From an uncultured delta proteobacterium (lineage in GTDB: Bacteria > Desulfobacterota > Syntrophia > Syntrophales > Smithellaceae), in the NCBI GenBank assembly GCA_963753975.1, contig CAVWEH010000005.1, positions 352,001 through 416,000 of the forward strand: a stretch of DNA of 64,000 nucleotides, given 5' to 3'. The position numbers were made by a program, and so were the translations under genes. The notes under the pieces are model-generated. The model searched no databases. It was not told where the DNA came from and saw nothing but the letters and a program-made list of their open reading frames with translations. Positions 21,632 through 31,319 of the stretch are shown here, in pieces. Position 1 is the stretch's first letter; every line of letters begins with the position of its first letter.

Positions 21632-22277
21632 CGCGCAGTCCGATCCTGCGGGACATCCTTTCGGCCAATAATTTATTATGAGTTACGATAACAAGCGTGA
21701 TCTTTCTTGTTGCATTTAAATTAACCAGAATGTCTTCTATCTTTTTTCCTGTCTCCGTGTCAAGGTTTCCCGTAGGTTCGTCGGCAAGCAATATTCCCGG
21801 CTCCATTATCAAGGCCCGGGCAATAGCAACACGCTGTTGCTCTCCGCCGGAAAGTTCTCCCGGTTTGTGCTTTAATCGATGTTCTAATCCGACTTCTGCA
21901 AGCACTTCATAAGCTTTTTCAGCGACTTGCTTCCTCGGCATGCCACCGATTAAAGCCGGCATCATGGTGTTTTCCAGGGCGTCGAATTCGGGAAGTAAAT
22001 TATTAAATTGAAAAATGAAACCGATCATTGAATTGCGGAATCGAGCCATCTTTTTTTCTTCCCAATCAAAAATATTTAGTCCATTTATATAAAGATGGCC
22101 ATCTGTCGGGTGATCCAATGTACCCAAAATATGAATAAGGGTACTTTTGCCGGCGCCGGAAACACCAAGAACTGCCAATGATTCTCCCTGGGCAATTTCC
22201 ATATTCAGGCCGCGTAGTACTTCAATTTTATTGCCGTCTTTAAAAAAAGTTTTGGATAAATTTTTCAGTAAGATCAT
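21609..22277 (-). CDS. lolD: Lipoprotein-releasing ABC ATPase
   Basis: Motifs [25 protein letters not shown] and ADEPTGNLD. Confidence 0.9.
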   Translation of the reverse strand: MILLKNLSKTFFKDGNKIEVLRGLNMEIAQGESLAVLGVSGAGKSTLIHILGTLDHPTDGHLYINGLNIFDWEEKKMARFRNSMIGFIFQFNNLLPEFDALENTMMPALIGGMPRKQVAEKAYEVLAEVGLEHRLKHKPGELSGGEQQRVAIARALIMEPGILLADEPTGNLDTETGKKIEDILVNLNATRKITLVIVTHNKLLAERMSRRIGLRDGRIYDY

Positions 22278-22298
22278 CTTTTACCTTCATAAAATTAA

Positions 22299-23573
22299 TC
22301 ATTCGTACCTTAAGGATTCTGCCGGATCCAGCCGCGATGCTCTCAGAGAAGGATAAATCGTGGATAAGAAGCAAACGATCAATGTGCCGGCAATAATGAC
22401 AATTATATCGCCATAATTAACCTGCGAGGGAAGCTCGCTCAAGTAGTAAACATCACCGGGCAAAATCTTAAAGTGGAAAATTTTCTCCACAAAAAGCGAT
22501 ACTTTCTGCAAGTTCAGGGCAACGGAAAGACCCGCAATACAGCCTAAGAATGTCCCGATTACGCCTACAATCAGTCCTTGATATATGAATATTTTCATTA
22601 TGCCGCGGGAAGTTGCTCCCATTGATTTCAGAATAGCGATATCCTTGCTTTTTTCCATAACAATCATTATTAAAGCACTGATTATATTAAAAGCAGCAAC
22701 AAGGACAATTAAACTCAAAATAATAAACATGACGCGTTTTTCCAGCTTTAAAGCGGCGAAAAGATTTTTATTCATTTGCATCCAGTTATTCGCCCAAAAG
22801 GGAAATCCCAGTTTACTTTGAATTCTGCGGGCAATAATATCCGCTTTATAGATATCATCGACTTTAATATCGATTCCGGTAACGCTATCACCCATTTGTA
22901 AAAAATCCTGACAATTGCGTAAAGACAAATAAGCAAGCGTCGAATCGTACTCGTAAAATCCGGATTCGAAAATACCTACAACCGCAAACTTCTTCATCCG
23001 CGGCATCATACCCATCGGCGTAGAGATACCCGTAGGCGAAATAATGGTGATTGTATCGTAGAGGAAAATCCCTAAATTCCGGGCCATTTCCTTACCGATG
23101 ACGATTCCGCCTATCTGTTCACCATATTTACGGGAGAGTTCCGGAGGAATCTTGTTGAGGTATTCAATACTGCCCTCTCTGATTTTGCCTAAATTGATAA
23201 CCTTGAAAGCGCTTTGAGTATCCAAACCGCGAATGACTACCCCGCTGACACCGTTACCGCTGCGAATCATCGCCTGAGTGTAAATGAAAGGAGTAGAAGC
23301 AACGACCCCTTCCGTTCCGGCAATCAATTCCTGAACCTTTTGATAGTTTTTCATGGAACCGCCTATATCGGTAGTCAATTCGATATGGGATTTAATCCCC
23401 AGGATTTTTGTGCGTAAGTCCGTTTCAAATCCATTCATAACGGCAAGAACAATAATCAAGGCCGCTACACCTAAAAAAATACCAAAGATCGAGATAAAAG
23501 TGATAATCGAAACAAAAACCTGCTTGCGTTTTGCTCTTAAATAACGTCTGCTTATAAAAAATTCGTAAGGCAT
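22299..23573 (-). CDS. Lipoprotein-releasing ABC permease LolC/E
   Basis: Motifs RYLRAKRK, VMNGF, AAFNII, DIAILKSMGA and P.ESLRYE. Confidence 0.93.
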   Translation of the reverse strand: MPYEFFISRRYLRAKRKQVFVSIITFISIFGIFLGVAALIIVLAVMNGFETDLRTKILGIKSHIELTTDIGGSMKNYQKVQELIAGTEGVVASTPFIYTQAMIRSGNGVSGVVIRGLDTQSAFKVINLGKIREGSIEYLNKIPPELSRKYGEQIGGIVIGKEMARNLGIFLYDTITIISPTGISTPMGMMPRMKKFAVVGIFESGFYEYDSTLAYLSLRNCQDFLQMGDSVTGIDIKVDDIYKADIIARRIQSKLGFPFWANNWMQMNKNLFAALKLEKRVMFIILSLIVLVAAFNIISALIMIVMEKSKDIAILKSMGATSRGIMKIFIYQGLIVGVIGTFLGCIAGLSVALNLQKVSLFVEKIFHFKILPGDVYYLSELPSQVNYGDIIVIIAGTLIVCFLSTIYPSLRASRLDPAESLRYE

Positions 23574-23636
23574 TAAAAAATATCCTGCATAAGGGGTTAC
23601 TTAATTTCCGGGAAGAAATTATTGATTATCGCCGCT

Positions 23637-25118
23637 TTATTCCTGTCTTGTCCTTAACAGAGGAAATAAAATGACGTCTCTGATGGAAGCTGAATCGGTA
23701 AAAAGCATTGCCAGGCGATCGATCCCGATACCTTCACCGGCTGTGGGCGGCATAGCGTATTCCAATGTTCGAATGTAATCTTCATCCATTTCATGAGCTT
23801 CGTCATCACCGGCATCTCTTTCCTGCAACTGCTGTAGAAATCTTTCCCTTTGATCACTGGGATCATTTAATTCCGAAAAGGCATTGGCAATTTCTTTACC
23901 ATAAATATATAATTCAAAGCGGTCAGTTAAATTAATATCAGTAGCCGACCGGCGCGAAAGGGGGGATACGGCCACCGGATAATGAGTGACAAATGTTGGT
24001 TGAATGAGCTTTTTTTCGACAAGCTCATCGAAAATGGCCATTAAGATTTTCCCTAAAGAATCGGCGTCTTTCACTTCACAACCGGCCCTCCGGGCAAAAG
24101 CCAAAGCCTGGGCTTGATTTTCCAGCGCAGCCGAGGGCATTCCTGCCATTTCTACGAGAGCTTGCTTTACTGATATGCGCCGCCAGGGCGGGGTCAAGTC
24201 GATTTCCGTATCCTGATATTTGAATTTCAGCCCGCCAAATATATTTGTAGCAATAAAGGTAAATAAATTTTCGGTAAAAGACATCAAATCTTCATAAGTA
24301 GTATAGGCCCAATAGAATTCCAGCATGGTAAATTCCGGGTTATGAAAAGTCGAAATGCCTTCGTTACGGAAGTTACGGTTAATTTCATAGACTCTTTCCA
24401 GCCCACCGGTAACAAGCCTTTTTAGATAAAGCTCGGGGGCAATCCGTAAGTAAAAATCCATATCCAGTGCGTTATGATGGGTTTTAAAGGGGCGAGCCAT
24501 TGCTCCACCGGCACGCGGTTGCATCATCGGCGTTTCCACTTCCAAAAAGTCATGCTCGTCCATAAATTTCCGAATAAGTTGAATAATACGGCTGCGTTTG
24601 TAAAAAATTTCCTTAACCTTGGGACTGCTAATCAAATCAAGATGTCTCTGACGATATCTGGTTTCAATATCGATGAGACCGTGCCATTTTTCCGGCAGAG
24701 GCCTTATTGCTTTGGAAAGCAGGCGTAATTCCTCTGCTTCTATGGTTAATTCGTTGGTCTTGGTACGAAAGAGTTTGCCGGAAATATAAATAATATCGCC
24801 AATATCGAGTTTTTTAAAAACGAAGTAAGCGGCATCACTTAGGATGTCTTTGGCTATGTAGCTTTGAATCTGGCCTTTACGGTCTTGAATCTTGATAAAT
24901 GCCGCTTTGCCAAAATTGCGCATAGCCATTAAACGCCCCGCTATGGAAAATTTTTGATTTAGCTTAGAAAGCTCATCTTTATTAGAATTTCCAAATTGAG
25001 CGATAATCTCTGCCGTAGTATTTTGGGGTTTTATATCATTAGGATACAGCTCGACCCCCGCTGTTCTTAGGGCAGCCATTTTCTCCAGACGGACATGTAA
25101 AAGTTCATTATCTTCCAT
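23637..25118 (-). CDS. lysS: Lysyl-tRNA synthetase (class II)
   Basis: Motifs PLPEKWHGL, LRIAPELYLKRL, RNEG, MPPTAGEGIGIDRL and IRDVILFP. Confidence 0.97.
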   Translation of the reverse strand: MEDNELLHVRLEKMAALRTAGVELYPNDIKPQNTTAEIIAQFGNSNKDELSKLNQKFSIAGRLMAMRNFGKAAFIKIQDRKGQIQSYIAKDILSDAAYFVFKKLDIGDIIYISGKLFRTKTNELTIEAEELRLLSKAIRPLPEKWHGLIDIETRYRQRHLDLISSPKVKEIFYKRSRIIQLIRKFMDEHDFLEVETPMMQPRAGGAMARPFKTHHNALDMDFYLRIAPELYLKRLVTGGLERVYEINRNFRNEGISTFHNPEFTMLEFYWAYTTYEDLMSFTENLFTFIATNIFGGLKFKYQDTEIDLTPPWRRISVKQALVEMAGMPSAALENQAQALAFARRAGCEVKDADSLGKILMAIFDELVEKKLIQPTFVTHYPVAVSPLSRRSATDINLTDRFELYIYGKEIANAFSELNDPSDQRERFLQQLQERDAGDDEAHEMDEDYIRTLEYAMPPTAGEGIGIDRLAMLFTDSASIRDVILFPLLRTRQE

Positions 25119-25298
25119 AATTTCGCCGTGTTTTACAAAGTTTGTATGATTATATTTATTTCGCCAAATAGTCAAGCAGGATTGTATAATAGCTGTATGT
25201 TAAAGATAATTTTAAAACGAATGGGCAACACAAAATTAGTTTGCTACAAGCGGCAATGTTATGTATTATAAATGAGACTTAACAATAGGGAGGTAAAA

Positions 25299-25712
25299 AT
25301 GGTAAACAAGGCAATATTAATCGGCAGACTGGGTAAAGATCCGGAAGTCCGTTATACACCGGACGGCACAATGGTCACTAATTTCAATTTAGCCACCGAC
25401 GAACAATGGAAAGATAAGGGCGGAGAAAAAGTTCAGAAAACGGAGTGGCATAGAATAGTTACTTTTGGAAAATTAGCTGAAATTTGCGGTAATTATCTGG
25501 TTAAAGGAAAATTGATATTTGTGGAAGGGCGAATTCAAACGCGCTCCTGGGAAGATAAGGATGGTGTTAAACGCTTTACAACGGAAATTATAGCTTCCAA
25601 TATGCAGATGCTTGATTCCAAAGCTCCGAGCAAAGCTGATGGCTCATCTTCTGAGGCTTCATCTGCAAGTTCTAATAATGCTGGAACTCCGACAGACGAT
25701 GTTCCCTTTTGA
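25299..25712 (+). CDS. ssb: Single-stranded DNA-binding protein
   Basis: [23 protein letters not shown] and a DDVPF tail; GGAGG RBS. Confidence 0.97.
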   Translation: MVNKAILIGRLGKDPEVRYTPDGTMVTNFNLATDEQWKDKGGEKVQKTEWHRIVTFGKLAEICGNYLVKGKLIFVEGRIQTRSWEDKDGVKRFTTEIIASNMQMLDSKAPSKADGSSSEASSASSNNAGTPTDDVPF

Positions 25713-25885
25713 AGGGCAGAGTACATTGCCGGTTTTTTAATATTTGACTAAAAGATTAATAAAAATTACCTCTTGAAAATGATGTTTTATCAAAAGAATC
25801 GCCACCTTAAAGCATAAATAGAAGGAGTGCGGCCTACTTTAATAAGCGACAATAATTGATACTCTGACGTCTTTCCCTTTAGATC

Positions 25886-26071
25886 TTATTTTTTTTCTTC
25901 TTTCTTTTTTATTTCTTTATCAGCTATTTCGTTATTTTCGTTTACTGACTTCTTGAAGTTTCTAATCCCTTTGCCTAACGCTGAACCGATTTCCGGCAGT
26001 TTTCCGACACCGAAAATAATCAAGATAATTACCAATATTATCAGTAATTCCGGCATTCCTATTCCAAACAT
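25886..26071 (-). CDS. tatA: Twin-arginine translocase TatA/E
   Basis: [13 protein letters not shown]...[19 protein letters not shown]. Confidence 0.95.
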   Translation of the reverse strand: MFGIGMPELLIILVIILIIFGVGKLPEIGSALGKGIRNFKKSVNENNEIADKEIKKKEEKK

Positions 26072-26103
26072 AATTTTACCTCATCTTTTTTATTTTTTCA
26101 AAA

Positions 26104-26973
26104 TTACGGCAACCGCAAGCGGATTACCTGTCCTGATTCCCCCAGGTTTTCTATTTCCTTTCCCCTAAATTTTATTTTGACTCCGCCGGCATTGCCAATA
26201 TCAATATCAAAACGTGCCGCTTTGTATTCGATTTTTTCTCCGGGCTTTAAGAAAACCTGGGATACAAGATTTTGATCGGCTTTAACCCTTATCCACGTTT
26301 CTTCAGTTGCTTTAATAATCAAACGGCTCACTTCTTCATTAGTTGCCGCCGGCTCATCTTCCACCGAAGGTTTGGCAGTAATATTGTCACCGGGGGATAC
26401 AATTTGCGCTTGTTGATCAGGATCCTTTACGGCAGGATTTAAGTTGGCTGTCGTTTGCTCGTTTATGGAAGCTGACGTGTTAACTGGTGTGTTTAGTACT
26501 TGTTCCTTATTTTCGACAGAAGTGGAAATTTTTTCAGCTGAGCCATTCATAATATCCGTTACAGGCCGATATTGCATTGAAATCAACCACATTACAGAAG
26601 CAATAACTATTAAAATTGATACAATTCCCCAAAAAGGACCCCAGTGAGCAATTCTTGCCAAGAAAGAAACTTTGTCCCGAACATCTTCAGGCGGCAGATT
26701 TTCCAGAATATTTAGAGAATTGAGATAATCTTCGTAGCTGGCAAGAATTAGTTTGCCGTCAATATCCAAAACACGGGTGTAACTTTTGATAAAATTCTTT
26801 GTGTAGATGGATTCCGGCAGCAGATGAAAATTGCCATTTTCAATAGCCTCTAAATAGGCAACGTTTACGCGCGTGCGCCTGAATACATCTTTAAGAGAAA
26901 GACCCAGAGCTTCTCTTTTAGCTTTTAAGCCTTGAAAATTGTTCTTGGAGTCTTCTGTAGCCATAGAAATCAC
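26104..26973 (-). CDS. rodZ: RodZ-like protein (HTH, TM, DUF4115)
   Basis: N-terminal HTH (YLEAIENG..LP..Y), one TM and C-terminal IGNAGGV. Confidence 0.82.
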   Translation of the reverse strand: MISMATEDSKNNFQGLKAKREALGLSLKDVFRRTRVNVAYLEAIENGNFHLLPESIYTKNFIKSYTRVLDIDGKLILASYEDYLNSLNILENLPPEDVRDKVSFLARIAHWGPFWGIVSILIVIASVMWLISMQYRPVTDIMNGSAEKISTSVENKEQVLNTPVNTSASINEQTTANLNPAVKDPDQQAQIVSPGDNITAKPSVEDEPAATNEEVSRLIIKATEETWIRVKADQNLVSQVFLKPGEKIEYKAARFDIDIGNAGGVKIKFRGKEIENLGESGQVIRLRLP

Positions 26974-27120
26974 AAATAAGTATGTTTATGCATTAACTAT
27001 CATTAATTTTACTACAGTGCAATCTTTTAAAAGGATAAACAGTTTGTATATTATTACTTTATTTTTTTTGTAAATTTTACTACGAATATCTTGCGTTAAA
27101 TACAGGAGGGCTTTAATACT

Positions 27121-27903
27121 ATGCGGCAATGGAAGAATTTTGCTGAAGAGATTGCGCGAAGGGCTGGGGCACTCCTAAAAGAAAAGTTCAGCCAAAAACA
27201 TGAAATTCATTACAAAGGTGAGATTAATCTGGTTACTGAAGCAGATAAATTTTCTGAAGATTTAATCATTACCGCGATTAATCGTAACTTCCCCGACCAT
27301 GGAATTTTAGCGGAAGAATCGCCGGCTGTCATCGGCGCCGGAAAAATGCGCTGGATAATCGATCCCTTGGACGGAACAACAAATTATGCTCATGGGTATC
27401 CTGTTTTTTGTGTTTCTATTGCTCTGGAAAAAGATGGGATTATTATTCTGGGAGTAATTTATGATCCGATGAGGGAGGAAATGTTTATCGCTGTTCGAGA
27501 TGAGGGTGCTGATTTAAATGGCAAAAAACTGTCCGTATCACCGACACGCGATATTTCGCGAAGTCTTTTGGCTACCGGCTTTCCCTATGATATCCGCAAC
27601 AGCAAGGAAAACAATCTCAACTATTTTAACTCGATGGCTAAAGAGGCGCAAGCGATACGGCGGGCCGGAGCCGCCGCCCTGGATATCGCTTATGTTGCGG
27701 CGGGACGTTTTGATGGCTTTTGGGAGTTAAAGCTCATGCCCTGGGATATGGCTGCGGGCTTGCTCTTGGTGGAAGAAGCAGGCGGTGTAGTCTCAGAGCT
27801 TTGGGGAGGCAACTGGGATATATCATCGCCGAATATTCTTGTCTCCAACGGCTTGATCCATGAACAAATGATAAAAATATTTAAAAATGCGGTTAAAAAG
27901 TGA
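27121..27903 (+). CDS. suhB: Inositol monophosphatase family protein
   Basis: Motifs LVTEAD, WIIDPLDGTTNY, RRAGAAALD and PWDMAAG. Confidence 0.92.
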   Translation: MRQWKNFAEEIARRAGALLKEKFSQKHEIHYKGEINLVTEADKFSEDLIITAINRNFPDHGILAEESPAVIGAGKMRWIIDPLDGTTNYAHGYPVFCVSIALEKDGIIILGVIYDPMREEMFIAVRDEGADLNGKKLSVSPTRDISRSLLATGFPYDIRNSKENNLNYFNSMAKEAQAIRRAGAAALDIAYVAAGRFDGFWELKLMPWDMAAGLLLVEEAGGVVSELWGGNWDISSPNILVSNGLIHEQMIKIFKNAVKK

Positions 27904-27984
27904 AACGGTAATCGCGGGTACGACCAACAAAGCAAGTTTTGAGAACCCTCTTCGAAAGCTCACTCCGGGGTACTTATACAGAAC

Positions 27985-28170
27985 CAATTCCACTAACAGA
28001 TATTACTACCCTGTGCTTGTAATATCTGAGTTTCATTAGAATTGGAGTTTCACGAATCACGGGTATTAATGAAACCCTCCGCTTACGGCGGGATTGTTCA
28101 ACTTACCAATTCCGATACGCCTCACCCAGCATCCGTCGGGTTTCGCTTTCGGAATTGGAGTTTCACGAAT
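27985..28170. repeat. Cluster of palindromic REP/MITE-like modules
   Basis: The 53-bp module at 27985-28037 recurs at 56766-56818 with 4 mismatches. GAATTGGAGTTTCACGAAT occurs twice (28039, 28152). Two CCAATTC...GAATTGG-bounded units are present. Confidence 0.8.
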
Positions 28171-28195
28171 AAAATTTTCTACTCAAGTGAATAAT

Positions 28196-28594
28196 CTAAT
28201 CACTGGAAATAATCGAGAGAAAGATTTTTCTTGATCGGGGGCCGTCAAATTCGCAAAAAAATATTGCTTGCCAGGTTCCTAAAATAACCCGTCCGTCTTC
28301 AATCAAGACTAATTCTGAAGCGCCGACCAGTGACGATTTGGCATGCGCCGGTGAATTTCCCTCAGCATGCCGGTAATCGGCAGTTTGAGGGAAAGCCCTT
28401 TCTAAAGCAGAGATTATATCGATGGGCACATCAGGGTCGGCATTTTCATTAATGGTGACTGCAGCTGTAGTGTGCGGCGTAAAAACAATGCAAAATCCGT
28501 TGGAGATTTTTTCCTTATCAATTACAGCTTGGACTGAAGCTGTAATATCTATCATCTCTATTCGTGAATTTGTTTGAAGATGGATTTCCTGCAT
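28196..28594 (-). CDS. yjbQ: YjbQ / UPF0047 family protein
   Basis: Motifs HTTAAVTINENADPDV, H.EGNSPAH and LGTWQ.IFFCEFDGPR. Confidence 0.93.
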   Translation of the reverse strand: MQEIHLQTNSRIEMIDITASVQAVIDKEKISNGFCIVFTPHTTAAVTINENADPDVPIDIISALERAFPQTADYRHAEGNSPAHAKSSLVGASELVLIEDGRVILGTWQAIFFCEFDGPRSRKIFLSIISSD

Positions 28595-28633
28595 ATATTT
28601 ATTGTCAAAAAACTTACTTTCGCCAGCGCGGTA

Positions 28634-29422
28634 TTATGCCTTGTTCGATGGAGTGTTTTGTCCACTTTTTATTTTTCTACGCTTAGCCATGTCTTCTTTT
28701 GCACGCTGTGTCACTTCGGGAATCACAAACAGGTCAGTTACGAGGTCAAGGAATATTGTATTCAAATCTTTTGCATCATCCTCAGTGAAGAGAAGCAGAT
28801 CTGGATCTTCGTCAGGATGTGCTGCTTGATTTGCTGCCTCTTTGATGATGTAGGCATTATCATGAAAGTCTTTAGAGAGAGTCACGTTGAGTTTGTTAGG
28901 GTTACCTCGGAGCCACTTCAGTTCTGCCCCCAGATTTCCTCGTGGTGCACCAAGAATATCGCGTGTTATGACTTGTAAAGCGCGACGAATCATTGCTGCT
29001 GCTGCCATCGGACAATTAGCATCTAAGGCACGCATAGCTTCGCTGTATGCTTTCCGGAGATCAGGTGGTTCTTTTGGAAGTTCATCAATTTCAGCACCAG
29101 AGTCACCTGGGATAGACATTATGCGATATGTCCGAAGATTAAATTGATACAAGAACCATCGTCGTTCGGCTCGGCAATCTGGGCAGAAGAAGACACAAAT
29201 GTAGGGATAATCACTGTCGGGAATTTTTTCTGCCTTGGCATTAAATGCACTTGATCGTTGATAAAAGTAATAAATATATTCACGGCGTATCACATTCAAT
29301 CCCATTCTAGCCTTGCAATATGGGCAGTGTTCAATTATACGCTCATCTGATATTAAACTGTCAGTTACGTCAGGATATGTCTCTGAAACATACTTATTAA
29401 AATCATCTTGTGAAAAAATCAT
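28634..29422 (-). CDS. DUF4145 (HEPN-like) domain protein with N-terminal CxxC pairs
   Basis: CPYC and CPDC, then YSEA...AAAAMIRRALQ and NQAAH; AGGAG RBS. Confidence 0.72.
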   Translation of the reverse strand: MIFSQDDFNKYVSETYPDVTDSLISDERIIEHCPYCKARMGLNVIRREYIYYFYQRSSAFNAKAEKIPDSDYPYICVFFCPDCRAERRWFLYQFNLRTYRIMSIPGDSGAEIDELPKEPPDLRKAYSEAMRALDANCPMAAAAMIRRALQVITRDILGAPRGNLGAELKWLRGNPNKLNVTLSKDFHDNAYIIKEAANQAAHPDEDPDLLLFTEDDAKDLNTIFLDLVTDLFVIPEVTQRAKEDMAKRRKIKSGQNTPSNKA

Positions 29423-29855
29423 AGTCTACTCCTAAGAGCTAACAATGTTTAACTAAACCATAAGGCCATCAGGTTTGTATGTCAATTAAGTAGTTATTGG
29501 CTGCCAGCACGGCTGGCGGCATTATTGATTTACTCTGATAAAGCATTTCGGATTTGCCTTTCTATAAACACATTCTGGCTTGGCCTTCCATAAAGGGTTT
29601 TTTAATTCTTTTATAAAGATTGTTTTTAAGTAGGCAGGGCGGAGACTTTTTGCGAAGCAAAAATTTCCGCAGTTATTATTTTTAGAAAATATAAAAGAAG
29701 CATGCTGTATAAAATTATAGAGAGGTTTTTACTAATTAACGCCATATGTTCCAGCTTTATCCGGGGTTAATAGCGGCAGGGGTACGACCCTTAAGGAAGG
29801 GGGTACCTCTTTACCTGCAGAGGCGAACTGACCTGAGTGACGTCTTAACGACCGC

Positions 29856-31319
29856 CTACTTCACAGTACCGGTACTCTTGGTGCACTGCCCGAGTTTCAG
29901 AGTGTAGCCCGCGGCGCAATAAGGCGTAGCGGATTCCTCGCAAACTGCTTTACCAGCGTCGTAGTTTGATCCGGGTGGGCAGCTAGGAGTGGCCATTTTG
30001 ACGGTCACGCAATATTTGTTTGGGGTGTTCCAGTGAAATCCCGAAGGGCAATTCGGAGTCTGCAGTTGTCGGCATTTCACGGCGTCTGCGTAGTACGTGT
30101 AATCGCTGGGACAGCTAATTGGTGGTTCGGTTAAAGACACGCACTTTTTGGTGGCTGCGTTATACGTGTAACCGATGGGACAGCTAACGGTTAGTTCGGC
30201 TAAAGACACGCACTTTCCCAGCATGGCATCGTAGCTCATGCCTAGCGGGCAACTCGCCGGATACTTCTCCATCGCCCGCACGCAGTTTTTGTTTAGGGCG
30301 TTCCAGTGGAATCCCGAAGGGCAATTCGGAGTCTGCAATTGTCGGCATTTCGCGGCGTCTGCGTAGTACGCGTAACCGCTGGGACAGCTAATTGGCGGTT
30401 CGGCTAAAGACACACACTGTAATCTCACACTTTTGGGGACTCTGTTATACGTGTAACCGCTGGGACAGCTAATGATTGGTTCGCTATAACGCACGCACTT
30501 TGTCTGTCCCATGACGGCAGAGGAGGTCGTGCCCGCCGGACAATTAAGCGGTGCCGTCTCCGTCGCTTGGCACGCCCCGGAGGCCAAGGTATATCTGCTC
30601 GGGCAGTCGGGGGTCAAATTCTTAACGCACTTGGTTCCATCAACCTCCAGTTTGTAGCCGCTTGGGCAGTACGGCATGGCGGCCGAAAGCTTTTCAGGCA
30701 TAGAAATGGTGACCTTTTCGTTAGAAGTGACATCAGCAGGATGTTGGGAAAATTTGGGATATAATTGCCAGACACCACTTGCTAAGGCAATAAGAACTAT
30801 AATGATTTTAACGGGAGGATTGACTCGATCCCAATAATTTTGCCCAATCCTTTTCCACCTGCTTACCAATGATACAGCCTGCCCCTTCGGCAAAACTTGG
30901 TCTACCCGTACGGGTTCAGCAATGTTTCTTACAGTCTGTTTGCCCAAGATTTTAAGGATGGTCTCTATCAGTTTTTTTGTGCGTACTGGCTTTGGCAGGA
31001 TATAGTTATTCCCGATTTTATTCTCTTTCCCGTCAACAACATCATCACTTGTGGCGAGCGCAGTGATAAATAGAATTGGGATGTTTGCTGTAGAGGAATT
31101 ATCTTTTAAAACAGCCGCGACATCCTCACCAGGCATATCTGGCATGAGCAGATCAAGCAGGATTATATCCGGCGGTTCACTTTCGGCCAGTTCTATGCCA
31201 TCTTTGCCGTTTGTCGCGATAGTCACATCAAAAAGTCCGTCATGCATGAGATTGTTTTTGACGAAATAACAAAAATCAATTTCATCATCAATGACCAGCA
31301 CTTTTATTTTTTTTGTCAT
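29856..31319 (-). CDS. Receiver (REC) domain, TM helix and 12 Cys-rich CPxG..C repeats
   Basis: REC motifs VLVIDDE, PDIILLDLLMP, FITA and KP; hydrophobic IIIVLIALASGVW; 24 Cys in 12 repeats; GAGG RBS. Confidence 0.85.
   Translation of the reverse strand: MTKKIKVLVIDDEIDFCYFVKNNLMHDGLFDVTIATNGKDGIELAESEPPDIILLDLLMPDMPGEDVAAVLKDNSSTANIPILFITALATSDDVVDGKENKIGNNYILPKPVRTKKLIETILKILGKQTVRNIAEPVRVDQVLPKGQAVSLVSRWKRIGQNYWDRVNPPVKIIIVLIALASGVWQLYPKFSQHPADVTSNEKVTISMPEKLSAAMPYCPSGYKLEVDGTKCVKNLTPDCPSRYTLASGACQATETAPLNCPAGTTSSAVMGQTKCVRYSEPIISCPSGYTYNRVPKSVRLQCVSLAEPPISCPSGYAYYADAAKCRQLQTPNCPSGFHWNALNKNCVRAMEKYPASCPLGMSYDAMLGKCVSLAELTVSCPIGYTYNAATKKCVSLTEPPISCPSDYTYYADAVKCRQLQTPNCPSGFHWNTPNKYCVTVKMATPSCPPGSNYDAGKAVCEESATPYCAAGYTLKLGQCTKSTGTVK

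Noticed and set aside
28039..28170. 19-bp direct repeat as a CRISPR array
   Set aside because: Only two copies, a 94-nt palindromic spacer and no cas genes.
29540..29570. AAAGGCAAATCCGAAA (minus strand) as a c-di-GMP-I riboswitch
   Set aside because: The P2/P3 pairing and the downstream GCAAA motif are missing.
30006..30416. Near-identical repeat pair as a DGR template/variable region
   Set aside because: Differences are not restricted to adenines of one copy, both copies are in-frame coding, and no reverse transcriptase is in the window.
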